DNA from: Octopus sinensis | Lineage: Eukaryota | Assembly: GCF_006345805.1 (NCBI RefSeq) | Contig: NC_043000.1 | Location: 138,074,001 to 138,138,000, forward strand | Direction: 5' to 3' | Length of the DNA: 64,000 nt | Part shown: positions 1 through 12,322 of the stretch, piece by piece | Position numbering within the stretch: the stretch's first letter is position 1 | Layout of the letters: each line of letters starts with the position of its first letter | The notes under the pieces: generated by a model | Told to the model about the DNA's origin: nothing | Databases searched by the model: none | What the model saw: only the letters and a program-made list of their open reading frames with translations | Position numbers and translations under genes: made by a program

Positions 1-85
1 CGATTTGCTAGACTAAAGGCGATACTCCAGCTTTGCCGCAGTCAAAATGACTGAAACAAGTAAAAGATTAAAAGAGAAAAGAGAG
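1..85 (+). mobile_element. 3' end of tRNA-derived SINE family A
   Basis: Matches the tail shared by many copies in the window (ctccagcatggccgcagtcaaaatgactgaaacaagtaaaagag). Confidence 0.85.
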
Positions 86-135
86 TTATGTATGTGTATT
101 TGAGTGTGTGTGTGGGAGAGAGTAAAGTAGATACG

Positions 136-392
<257 letters not shown>

Positions 393-506
393 TTTATTTA
401 TATATATTTACATATAGGTATACAGACATATATACAGAGGGTTGCAAAAGCAGATACATAGTAATGAAAAACTAAAAGTCCGCACTTTTTATTGATTATA
501 CAAAAA

Positions 507-899
507 CTAGCAGTATCACCCGGCGTTGCTCGGGTTTGTAAGGGAAATAACTATAAAGCATTTTTAGAGAGTTATAGCCAAAAAATAGCAAAAAAATGCA
601 TTAGAAATGGAAAAAAAATTATGGTAAATTTTTTTTTAAATCGTTGACTCATCTTAGACATTTTTAGAGAGTTACTTCCTTTATATAATAGCGAAAAAAT
701 GCATTAAAATGGAAAAAATGATGGTAAATTATTTTTAAAATCGTAGACTCATGGTAGACGCGCGCTAATACCCAGAAGGGCTCGATATGAATCAGGACTA
801 TAAGATACCCGGTTTTGGTTAAACTGCACCGCAAAATGTGGGAGTAGTTAGGAATCTAAATCGTATGAGACAGACACACAACCTTACTTTTATATAAAT
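507..899 (-). mobile_element. Non-autonomous Helitron H1
   Basis: Reverse strand has a GC hairpin (CCCGAGCAACGCCGGG) and a CTAG 3' end; same body as copies at 5424, 5818 and 23771. Confidence 0.8.
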
Positions 900-1145
900 A
901 ATAATAAACTTATCACTTTCACAACTTTTCAAACTGTTTTCCTCCGGCCTTCATGCCCTCCATTAATCGAGCGTAGACACTCATGTACACCTTGGCACAA
1001 AGGTCTTTATCAGCGTCAATTTCCTGCGAAAACTCTCTTTTACACAACCCCCAGAAAAGGAAGTCCATAGGAGTGAGATCGGGTGAATGTAATGGCCAAG
1101 CGATGGCTCCTCGACTTCCAATCCACCTGTTGAGAAGTTCTTTGT

Positions 1146-1302
1146 GAAAAGCACCCACTACACTCGCGGAGTGGTTGGCGTTAGGAAGGGCATCCAGCTG
1201 TAGAAACACTGCCAGATCAGACTGGAGCCTGGTGCAGCCCTGGCTTCCCAGACCCCGGTCGAACCGTCCAACCCGTGCTGGCGCGGAAAACGGACGTTAA
1301 AC

Positions 1303-1335
<33 letters not shown>
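1146..1335 (+). mobile_element. 3' fragment of RTE LINE (or RTE-tailed SINE) with (GAT)n tail
   Basis: tggcgttaggaagggcatccagctgtagaaac...cggacgttaaacgatgatg matches the 3' end of the RTE at 58250-61535. Confidence 0.85.
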
Positions 1336-1337
<2 letters not shown>

Positions 1338-1639
1338 GTGAGCGTGAAGTGCGGTGGCGCCCGATCCTGCAGAAAGTAGAAGTCGTCCCTCTGCTGTTGT
1401 TCACGTATCTGTTGTATGACTATCCGTCAGGCTGTTCAGATATACGTGTTGATCAACAGTCTATTTCTGAATGATAGGTCCAACAACACCTTTGTAGGAA
1501 TGGCCACCCACACTGTTATCCCAGGCTGGTTGAGCATTACAGCTTTCAGTTGCGTAGTGGCATTAGAGCTATGTATGTATGTATGTATGTATGTATGTAT
1601 GTATGTATGTATGTATGTTTCTATGTATGTATGTATAGA

Positions 1640-1786
1640 TGCGGGAGTGGCTGTGTGGTAAGTAGCTTGCTTACCAACTACATGGTTCCGGGTTCAGTCC
1701 CACCGCATGTCACCTTGGGCTAGTGTCTTCTACTATAGCGTCGGGCTGACCAAAGCTTTGTGAGTGGATTTGGTAGACGGAAACAT
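1640..1786 (+). mobile_element. SINE family A, 5' part
   Basis: ggagtggctgtgtggtaagtagc...ggttccgggttcagtccc A/B-box head, preceded by (GTAT)n. Confidence 0.85.
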
Positions 1787-2449
1787 TAGTGCACACATTT
1801 GTGCCGACTATATGCTCCCGATAGCTTAAAGTTTGCTTCATTGAACCACACGATTCTTCGCAGAATGCTGTCACATCCCCCTTCTTCGTTCAGGATAGAT
1901 TCGCAAAATTGCAAACGCCGATCTGAGTCATACTCCACTAAACAATGTATCAAACGTAGAATGTACATTCTCAGTCCTACGCGGTGCATCAAACGACCCA
2001 ACGATCTGCGTTCAAAATCCAATTCAGATGACATCCTTCAACCTGATTTTCAATTTGTGAGAGCGCCGGGTAAATACCAGGGCAACTTGCATTACATTCT
2101 CTGGCGTTGTCTGGGTGATTGGTCGACTACTATATTGTCTCACGTTCTATAACAAAACTTGATCAAAGTTTCTTGCAAGATTTCCAATGATTCTTGTTTT
2201 CAGTAACGTAATTTTTATAGCATAAAATAGAAAGACAAAAGTATTCTGGCATTGAAGAATGAACAAATTCTGTGGGTAAATGGCATATTTTCTCTTCATG
2301 TAGTTTCCATTGACTTTCCTCAGAAACAAGTTGAAGGTAGAATACAAGATTAAAGCTAATTGGAAGACGATGTTTTATACTATCTTGACGGTTATTAGGA
2401 ATGAAAGTGAAATGAAATGCCAACGATAAAACTTACTCTTTATCGATTG

Positions 2450-2563
<114 letters not shown>

Positions 2564-2885
2564 TGAAGATAAAAAGTTGGAGTTAACAAGAAGGGGAATG
2601 GTTGGACATTTATTTTTAATCACTACAATTGTTTCTACGCAACGTACTTCTCCAGGTTGGCAGGTACTTTGTTATGCAGCGGTTACTCTGCATTATGAGA
2701 TCGTGTTGCATTTCCTCAGACGATATGTAAATATTATCTCCGTAACTTTAAAACCTTCGGCTCAAGATCATCTCCTCTGTCTAAATTTAGTAGTACATAT
2801 GATACTACTACTGGATAACACAGGGTAAATCTAGACATGGACGAGCTTTATACTGTGCTTTACTGCGTTCTTAAGAGAATATACC

Positions 2886-2959
<74 letters not shown>

Positions 2960-3203
2960 ATATGAGATACTCATGTCTGCATGGCTGAAACAGCTGTAAG
3001 TTATAGTTTATATTTATATTTATATTTATTTATACATATTGTACTTATTGTATCATATTACTCATTGATGTACACTGTTTTGTTCTGTACTATTATGTTT
3101 CACCTTGATGTTCATATGTAGTTGGTTAATAAATTATGTGAATGGGTATTATCTGGTAGTTGATTATTGATTAAGGTGTATTTCTCCCTTTTCTTATTTT
3201 GTA

Positions 3204-3256
<53 letters not shown>

Positions 3257-3259
<3 letters not shown>

Positions 3260-3973
3260 GGTTGGACAAAATAATGGAAACACCTAGCATCATGACATCA
3301 TAATTTTGAAATATCTATAAACCCCTCAAAAGTTTGTTTATTCTTATGTTTTCTTTATTCATTATTAGTGTTGTTTAATATGTTTTGTTAAACTTTCTGT
3401 TTCTTTTCAGATATCATCAGAAAAAGGTAATTAAAATTCATTAAACTGATAGAGCTATCGGACTTTCAAAGAGGTCAAATTGCTGGTACTCGTATGGCAG
3501 GTGCTAGCCTAACGAAAACAGCCGAAATGCTTGGTGTATTAAGAAGTACTGTCTCGAAAGTAATAACAGCCTTTAAGAAAGAGGGGAAAACCTCCTTGTT
3601 GAAACAAAACTCCGGAAGAAAACCAAAACTTTTCGATCGGGGCCGTCGGACACTTTCGCGAATTGTTAGAAGGATCACAAACGTATAGCTCCCAAAATTA
3701 CTGCAGACCTTAATGACCATCTCGAGAACCCATTTTCCACAAAATCTATTCGCTAGGAGCTGCACAAAGCCGGATTTCACGGGAGGGCACAATTAGAAAA
3801 CCACTGCTTTCAAAAACAAACGTTGCAAAGCGTTTACAGTGGAGTAAAAATCTACAAAATTGTTCCCTAGAGCAGTGGAAGAATGTTATTTTCTCAGGCG
3901 AGTCATCCATTACCTTATTTCCGACCACCGGCCGAGTATACGTGTGAAGGCAGCCAAAAGAAGCATTTGATCG
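3257..3973 (+). mobile_element. Tc1-like transposon, 5' half (TIR plus decayed transposase N-terminus)
   Basis: TIR-like agggttggacaaaataatggaaacac; ELSDFQRGQIAG..GASLTKTAEMLGV..SGRKPKL paired-type HTH; continues through frameshifts to WKNVIFS-ES. Confidence 0.85.
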
Positions 3974-4146
3974 GCTTTATCGATCGCATTCTCACCTGGA
4001 ATCGATTTTTGTAATTTGTTCAAGACTTACACACGCCCTTATACCGTCGGTATCTACATATCAAATTTGAGCGCAACCGGAAGGAGGATGCCCAAGATCC
4101 TAGAAGACATACACGCAGACAGGCAGAACGGATTTTATATAATAAA
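3974..4146 (-). mobile_element. 5' fragment of Helitron-like family H2
   Basis: Near-identical to 24787-24965. Confidence 0.75.
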
Positions 4147-4149
4147 TAA

Positions 4150-4305
4150 TGGGCTTCTTTCAGTTTCCTTCGACCAAACCCACTTACTAGGCTTTGGTTA
4201 GCCTGAGGCTATAACAGAAGACACTTACCCAAGATGTCACGCAGTGAGCCTGAACCCGGAGCCATATGGTTGGTAATCAAGCTTCTTACTACTCAGCCAC
4301 GCCAA
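4150..4305 (-). mobile_element. SINE family A, 5' part (old copy)
   Basis: Reverse complement of family A head. Confidence 0.75.
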
Positions 4306-4779
4306 TGACAAACATAAATGTCCAGATTGTGTTGATGCAGCATAACATAGATTCACTAACATAGCGTTCATTTTATGACTTAGAGATACCTTTGTAGAAT
4401 ATAGATATTTTGAAATGAACAATGCTAAGTTCTGTTCAAGATTCACAGTGTCAAAAACTAGAGCTGTTATTCGCAAGCAAGTATGACTTGCTTACATTAT
4501 CATGTTTTCGCTAGTTGAATGCCAAACATTCATAAACACGTTCTCGGCTCTCTCACTGAGCGGAGCATAGAAGATGTGACATCGTAAAGGAGAGATCTCT
4601 GCACTAGCACTCGGCTGGTATACATTTGCAGTGTAGACTGATTTCTTTATTTGTCTATACAAGACGAACATAGAGGGGACGTACATGGACACCACAACAC
4701 ATAGAGTTTCTTACAATGAAGTCGTTTTTTTTTTTCAAAAATTATATAGAATATGAATATAATAAAAGTCGAAGATGAA

Positions 4780-5180
4780 TAAAAATCGGAAAATCGAAGT
4801 AATATAAAAATCAGGTACGGGGTTCTAATCAACCCGCCGGCTGTTTTCATACCTTTTTTTCCCGTTAATTTCCCTTTATTCCCCAGAACCGGCTACGACA
4901 GCTCGAAACCTTCCACTCGCATCATTCTTACTACATGCGTCCATCTTTTTTTAAACATATCTTGAGACAGGGACTTCCTCTCCAGACGGATCTTACTCCG
5001 CAGCTGATAGTTAAAAAAAACTAATCAACCCGCGTCAATTTGCGGAGTAGACTGGTGAAACGTGAAGTAGTTGTTTCTTGCTCAATGATACAACACACGG
5101 CCTGTTCAAGGGATATAATTCGTGATTTTTTGATCGTTAGTTTATCATCGTAACCACAAGGTTACGCGAATGGTAATATA
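4780..5180 (+). promoter_or_regulatory. CpG-rich unique segment with a candidate 72-nt intron (4815-4886)
   Basis: cag|GTACGG donor, ctaat/gttaat branch-like motifs, pyrimidine tract ending ccccAG; about two dozen CpG in 400 bp (hand count). Confidence 0.3.
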
Positions 5181-5423
5181 TTCGGAAGCAATTCTGATGA
5201 CACATTATTAACTAACTGAATATTTCAATAACCAAATACAATACTGCTTAAAACAATTACTATTATAACCAATTAAATATTACAAAAACCATCAAAGTAT
5301 TACAATAGCGATTAGAATATTGTATAAAACAATATATTACATAAACCAATTACCTATTATAATAACCAATAAGTGCTGTTTTATTTGTATTCCTGTTTCT
5401 TGGTCTAACGTTATATTTAAAAA

Positions 5424-5817
5424 CTAGCAGTATCGCCCGGCGTTGCTCGGGTTTGTAAGGGAAATAACTATATAAGCATTTTTAGAGATGTAAAGTATAA
5501 TAGCCATGTCAATATGGCTAACCACAAAGTGGGGTGTTACTGTAGCTTTTCACGTTCTAAGATTTAATAATACATTTTTAGAGAGTTACTTCCCTTATAT
5601 AATAGCAACAAAATGCATTAAAAATGGGAGAAAATTATGGTAATTTTTTTTTAAATCGTAGACTCATCGTATACGCGCGCTAATACCCAGAGGGGCTAAA
5701 TATGAATCACGACTATAAGATACCAGCTTTTGGTTACACTGCACCGCAAAATGTGGGAGTAGTTAGGAATCTAAATCGTAGGAGACAGACACACAACTTC
5801 ACTTGTATATATAAAGA
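5424..5817 (-). mobile_element. Non-autonomous Helitron H1 (dimer unit 1)
   Basis: Minus-strand TC...hairpin...CTAG termini. Confidence 0.85.
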
Positions 5818-6323
5818 CTAGCAGTATCGCCCGGCGTTGCTCGGGTTTGTAAGGGAAATAACTATATAAGCATTTTTAGAGAGTTACTTCTCTTATAAAT
5901 TCGGGCTTTCTTAGCCATTTTTGTTTTGGTGTCTTCAAGCCATGAAGTCGTTGTTCTAAAAGAACGCTGGTTTCCTTCACAACGCATTACGACGTTGATT
6001 TCTTTACACTCCCTTCCCCACAGCTTCACGAGGGGGGGAAGGGGGAGAAGCAAACTGGTGCAGCTGTGAGCGTGGACGCCAACTCCGCCGCCATCGACAT
6101 ACGATGCATTTTATGCATTAAAATGGAATAAAAAATGATGTTAAATTATTTTTAAAATCGTAGACTCATCGTTGACGCGCGCTAATAGTCAGACGGGCTC
6201 GATATGAATCACGACTATAAGATACCCGAATTTGGTTAAACTGCACCGCAAAATGTGGGAGGAGTTAGGAATCTAAATCGAAGGAGACAGACACTCACAC
6301 AACTAGAGTTTTATATATATAGA
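5818..6323 (-). mobile_element. Non-autonomous Helitron H1 variant (dimer unit 2, extra ~210-bp internal segment)
   Basis: A|TCTATATATATAA 5' end at 6323; CTAG at 5818 abuts the TC of unit 1. Confidence 0.85.
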
Positions 6324-6555
6324 TATCAGGCTCATAACACTCGAATGGACATTACTTGCAAGTTTGAACTACGCTTTGGCTCAGTGTCCTAGGCGCTTAA
6401 AAGGCTATGAGTAACCATAAGACATAGATAGGCTCTCAACCATCTCAGTCTTCTCCCAGCAGAACATCAAGGATAAAATAGCTGGGATGAAAGAAAGCTC
6501 CCCCCAACATTTGACACATACTCATTTCCAGTTGGTTCAAGAATCGAACTCACGA

Positions 6556-6556
<1 letters not shown>

Positions 6557-6625
<69 letters not shown>

Positions 6626-6647
6626 GTCTATCTATAAACAAATGTGA

Positions 6648-6682
<35 letters not shown>

Positions 6683-6765
6683 TAATTATATGTATATATG
6701 TATATATAAATATGTGTGTGTGTGTGTGCGTGCGCATGTGTATGTGTGTGTGTGTGTGTGTGTAA
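6557..6765. repeat. (CTAT)n, (TA)n and (TG)n microsatellites
   Basis: Directly visible. Confidence 0.95.
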
Positions 6766-7194
6766 GAAGGAGATGAATTACGGTTAAGAAACGACATGAT
6801 CAATAAAGCATTCAAAGCTGCATGAAAAATAGTGTTTCGAAGAGAAAGAGTGAGTAAAGATTAATGACTAAATCAGTTGCTACTTCATTATACCAGACCT
6901 ACTTAACTGGCATTAAATAGCATAATTATTTTGTGAAAAAAATAAAAGCAAAACAAAAAAAAAACGTAAGTACGTCACGTCTTTACATACACTTATACAT
7001 TCTCTACTCATGATCATTAAGCAAATTATAAGAATCTATCGAAAATCAGATGAAAATCAAAGAATCAAAGCGAAAACAAAATTATACAACGAATAAAATT
7101 TATCAAACAGATCTTATTCAATTTTGGCCGTCATTTTGAACGGATGAGGTACATTTACTCACTCATTGCCTTCTCTCTCTCTCACTCACTCACA

Positions 7195-7231
<37 letters not shown>

Positions 7232-8055
7232 GAATAGACATACATATGTATATATGGTATATTCGCAAACACGTACACACACTTGCAGTCACAAATGCAC
7301 ATACACATTGTGAGAGTGTCTCAATTACAGTAATATTCGTTGTAATTCTAGCAATGTTTATGTGCCACCAACTGAGAATATCTTTCTCGGCATACATTAT
7401 TTGATAAACTATCCGCACCTCATCTCAATGTGCATCAGATTAATTACCATTTCTCTAACTGTCACATTTACTTCGTCTGGGTAGGAGTGTAGATTTGCTA
7501 TCTTCTACATTTAGCCCGAAACCTTTATCGAACTAATTAAACTATTTGTTCACTAAAGAACCACACACTTCTGTTCATTCTGTTCATGTGTATAAACCTA
7601 CGTGTATACAAGTATGAATATGTTTTGGTGTTGTCAATCGTTTTGTTAGGAGTGTCCATAAAATGTGCGAATGATACTGTTTGTATTCTATACACTGAGT
7701 GCATACATACATATACATATATATTTGTGTGTGTGTATGTGTGTCTGTGTTAGATAACGTTTGCGTTCTTGGATGTGTAGGAGAGCTGACATGCATTTTA
7801 CTGTATATATATGTTCATGTTTTACTTATGTTTGTGTATGCATGTGATGTGGAATAGTAAAATGGCGAGAGATGAACACTCATTCATGTATTATTATGAT
7901 TGGGAAAAAAAAAAATATATGTAAACATTTTACACCCGTGATTTCTTTTGATTATGTTTTAGTACACATTTTTATTTCGTATTTGGTTGGTCGTACCCCT
8001 GGGAGCTGTGAAAACTATTTTTATGTCCCGCTGATAAAGTTAATCAAAAAAGCTT

Positions 8056-8206
<151 letters not shown>

Positions 8207-8754
8207 CAGTCGTCGTACTCATCAACGCCACCGTCATCACCACCATCACCACCACAGCTACCGTCTTCCTTCCACTCTTCCCTTCCCCTCCTCCTTCTCC
8301 TCCTCATCATCAGATATATCTACAATGATTTGTACTTATGTCGAACACGGTAACAGACGTTCCACATTTTCCCTTTCAGTCATTAATGCCCTACCCTAAA
8401 GACTATCAGAAGTAAAAGCTATACCTGAAATTAAGAGTTGTTTATTACGTATTTGATATTTTGTAAAAAAAATATAATAAATAAAGAACGAAAATTAAAT
8501 CAGTTATAAAAAAAGTGAAAATTCAGAAAGACTTTAACATACATTAAAAGTGTTGGGATATCTTTTATTGAAATCAACTTAACGCATTCAAAAATACATA
8601 CCGTGTAAGAATTATATAAAACTTAGAAAATGCACCCCAAGATATCCGTTCCTATGTACTAAATAAATGTATCCATCATTTTGTTAGTAACTTTAAATTA
8701 TCTACATAAAAAGGTTAACCTAAGCCATTTGTACCCTCTACTATACAATAGAAA

Positions 8755-9170
8755 GCTAGCAATACTATACCTCTCTATATATACCGCTCTACTATACTAT
8801 ACCATAGTCTCTACTATACTATACGTCTCTACTCTACTCTACTCTACTATACAATACTGTTCGTCTCTACTATACTATAGTATACTATACGTCTCAACCA
8901 TACTATACTATACGTCTTTGCTATACTATACTATACTATACGTCTATACTATACACAGTTAGCAATACTGTACCTCTCTATATACACCTCTCTACTATAC
9001 TATACGTCTATACTATACACAGCTAGCAATACTGTACCTCTCTATATACACCTCTCTACTATACTGTACGTCTCTACTCTACTATACTATACATCTCTAC
9101 TATACTATACGTCTCCACTGTACTGTACTATACGTCTCGACTATACATCTGTACTATACAAAGCTAGCAA
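8755..9170. repeat. CTATA-based minisatellite with higher-order repeats
   Basis: (ctata)n units punctuated by cgtct and a recurring agctagcaatactgtacctctctatatacacc block. Confidence 0.9.
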
Positions 9171-9206
9171 TAACAACAATCTTGATTTTTAATGTTTTAG
9201 TATATC

Positions 9207-9535
9207 TGTGATGGTGCGTGGCTTGTTGGTTAGGGTATTCGGCTCACGATCTTGCGATCGTCAGTTCGATTCCCGGCGGCGCGTGTTGTCATCGAGCAAA
9301 AAACTCTATTTCATGCTGCCTCAGTCCACTCAACTAACAAAAATGAGTAGTACCTGTATTTGAAAAGGACCAGCCTTGTCACACTCTGTGTCACGCTGGA
9401 TCTCCCTGAGAACTACGTTAAAGGTTCGCGTGTCTGTGGCGTGCTCGACCACTTGCACGTTGATTTCATGAGCAGGATGTCCTGTTGATCGAATCAACAG
9501 GGACCTTCGTCGTCGTAACCGACGGAATGCCAGTA
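9207..9535 (+). mobile_element. tRNA-derived SINE family C (old copy)
   Basis: tRNA-like head plus the conserved body gtcacgctg..gagaactacgttaa..gtcgtcgtaaccgacgg shared with 32329 and 35530. Confidence 0.8.
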
Positions 9536-10166
9536 TAACAGCAAGGGCCTAGCATTCTCTTCTAATACAAACATTGATTTAATATTCACACTACCCAAGG
9601 ACGGTTCGATGTGCAGTATAGCCAGGATAGGAAACTAAGGAGAGCCAAACGTGTCTAGTTAGACAAAATTTATCGCATCCTTATTTGTTCTCATATCCTG
9701 TACGAAATTCTATTCCATATTATTTTGACTAAGAATCTTTGGTAAATAATGGAATTTTATTTTATTGAACACTGGTTTCCATACGTTTTCATAGAATTCA
9801 ATTGGTAACACATTAGACACCATGGAAACTATTATAGTTTCGTGAAATATTCATGAACATTTTATTGCTTGAAATAAGAATAAGATCCACTTCTATAATC
9901 ATTACATTTATGGAAACAGAGTTGAAACGCAAATTTGCCAACTACAGTAACTTATTCAACTGTCATAGAATTGAAATGACACAATGGATAGCGTAATTTT
10001 TTTATAACAATGTCCGAGAAAAACGAAATACATTTAACCGGAGCAAGAAACCGTAATCATGACCTTCACAGGACATCTGAGCGAAGTGAGATCGATGAAT
10101 TCTATGTTTCTCTTATCGATAACTGCAGAAAAAGCATCAACAGGGAATGTATTTCAGCGAGTTAAT

Positions 10167-10586
10167 ATTTATTTCTTTACTACCCACAAGGGGCTAAACA
10201 CAGAGGGGGCAAACAAGGACAGACAAACGGATTAAGTCAATTACATCGACCCCATTGCATAACTGGTACTTAATTTATCGACTCCGAAGGATGAAAAGCA
10301 AAGTAGACCTCGGCGGAATTTGAACTAAGAACGTAGCGGCAGACGAAACACCTATTTCTTTACTACCCACAAGGGGTTAAACACAGAGAGGACACACAAG
10401 GACAAACAAACGGATTAAGTCGATTATATCGACTCCAGTATGTAACTGGTACTTATTTAATAGACCCCGAAAGGATGAAAGGCAAAGTTGACCTCGGCGG
10501 AATTTGAACTCAGAACGTAACAGCAGACGAAATACGGCTACGCATTTTGTCTGGCGTGCTAACGATTCTGCCAGCTCGCCGCCTTA
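10167..10586 (-). mobile_element. SINE family B (Deu/Nin-like central domain), tandem dimer
   Basis: Reverse complement of ggcggcgagctggcaga..gagttcaaattcc..cctttcatcctttcggggtcgataaattaagtaccag; two units. Confidence 0.85.
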
Positions 10587-11353
10587 ATTTTGGGGGAGAG
10601 AGAATTGAGAATAGTTGGTTATTACAAAACCTGGAATGACAAAGAGAATATTGTTAATAAGAATGACTTCGATTGTAGGTCTGCTTGATCAAGGCTGACC
10701 TGACGATCATAAACTACAAACTAAAATTAAAAGGCTAATTACTTCTATTTGCCAGTTAATTGACTTTAGCTAAGTAGTTGTCTAAGTGTAATATATTCTC
10801 TGAATTTTCTGTTTCTATGCCAACAAATGAACATTCTTGCACATTGACATAGTAAACTTCGCAGCACAACTTCGGCAAGTATAGTGAAAGCTATATTTAG
10901 CTGAGTGGGTCTAATAATTATTTTTAAATGCCCAAATAATATTAATAAATGACCAAAACTGAATTTTTACACATGGGATAGCCTTGTCTTTATTTGTAAA
11001 TGTCACCAACGTATTATGTATGTTAAAACATGTACATATATATATGTGTGCGGTTGTGTGTGTGTGTGTATTTATGTATGTATATATATGTACATACACA
11101 AGAGTAAACAAGAGAGCCAGAGACAGGCAGAAACAAGGAAAATGCCCCTTGTCTTTGAACACTATGCAAATATTCTTTTAAAAAAGTTTTCTTTTAATTT
11201 TTCCAAAATTTAATTGTTTTCCATATGTCTTTGCATAAATATTTTGTGAACGCTTCCTATCCAAAAATTTAACCATATGATAAGGAGAGCAAAAATAGAT
11301 AGCGTTTACGATGACTAACAGGTACTGAAAAACAAACACGGATATAAAAAGAA

Positions 11354-12240
11354 AAAGACGAATATCAAAAAGTCCCGGACTAGTTCTGCAGCGCGCCAAC
11401 ACATGGTAGTGAGAGCGTGCAGCGACATTTATGAAGCAGTGGGTCGAATAACTTTGCTGTGCTTACTTTGCAAGTTATGAAATTCGTGCTTTTGTGATCG
11501 CGTGTATGCTGTAATCTGCGATTTTTGTCATGGACAAGAACAAAGAACCAACGTGAAATTTTGTGTTAAATTTGGGAGGTCTGCTACAGAGACAATGAGT
11601 ATGCTTTGGCACTTGGCCGTACGCAGTGTTTCGAGTGTCAATAGCGCTTCAAAACAGAGAGAACGTCCCTGGAGGACGATGAGCGATATGGGAGACATGT
11701 CACGAGCGTCACCCCCCGGAAATGTATTGTACATCAAGAATTCGTCCTACTAGGGCCTGTCCGTCAATCGAGAGTTCTACTGTGACATTTTGAAGCGTTT
11801 GAGAAAGGAAATTCGGCGAAAGTGATCGGATTTGTGGAGTACGAATAATTGGATTCTTCACGACGACAATGCACCCTGTCCCGGAGCTCTCCTCACTCGT
11901 GAGGTTTTCGCCAAAAACAACATGGTATTGCTTCCGCACTTGCTCTATTCACCAGATTTAGTGCCTGCGGACTTCCAACTCTTCTCCGAGATGAAAATGC
12001 AGTACAAAGGTCACCTTTTTAACACTGTTGTCGAGATCCAATCGAGAGCGAATCGCAGACGATCCTCGATTCGCTCACGGAAAACGACTTCCAGGTCGGA
12101 TTCCAAAAGTGGCAGGAACGCTGGGACAGGTGTATTGTTGCGCAAGGTGATTATTTTGAAGGAGATGATGTTAAACCTTAGATAAATAAGTTATTGTTTG
12201 TTAAACATAACTAGTCCAGGAAACTTTTGATATCACCTCG
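11354..12240 (+). mobile_element. Internally deleted mariner (DD34D) element
   Basis: TIR pair atatcaaaaagtcccggactagtt / aactagtccaggaaacttttgatatcacctcg; EQRTNVKFCVKFG HTH; WILHDDNAP..YSPDLVPADF motifs. Confidence 0.9.
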
Positions 12241-12322
12241 CATGAGACTGCTAGTGCCAAGATGATAAGAAACATTTTGGTAAATGCAGATAACATAATT
12301 TCATATCTTTCAACAAAACTAG

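Larger units (their letters stand above)
433..2100 (-). mobile_element. Decayed Tc1/mariner-superfamily DD41D-like transposon interrupted by three insertions
   Basis: Minus-strand pieces RLQFCESIL..IVWFNEANFKLSG (1786-2034), LNQPGITVW..DDFYFLQDRAPPH (1340-1560) and RWIGSRGAIAWPLHSPDLTPMDFLFWG..KQFEKL* (919-1141); TA-CAGAGGGGTTGCAAAA end at 433. Confidence 0.85.
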
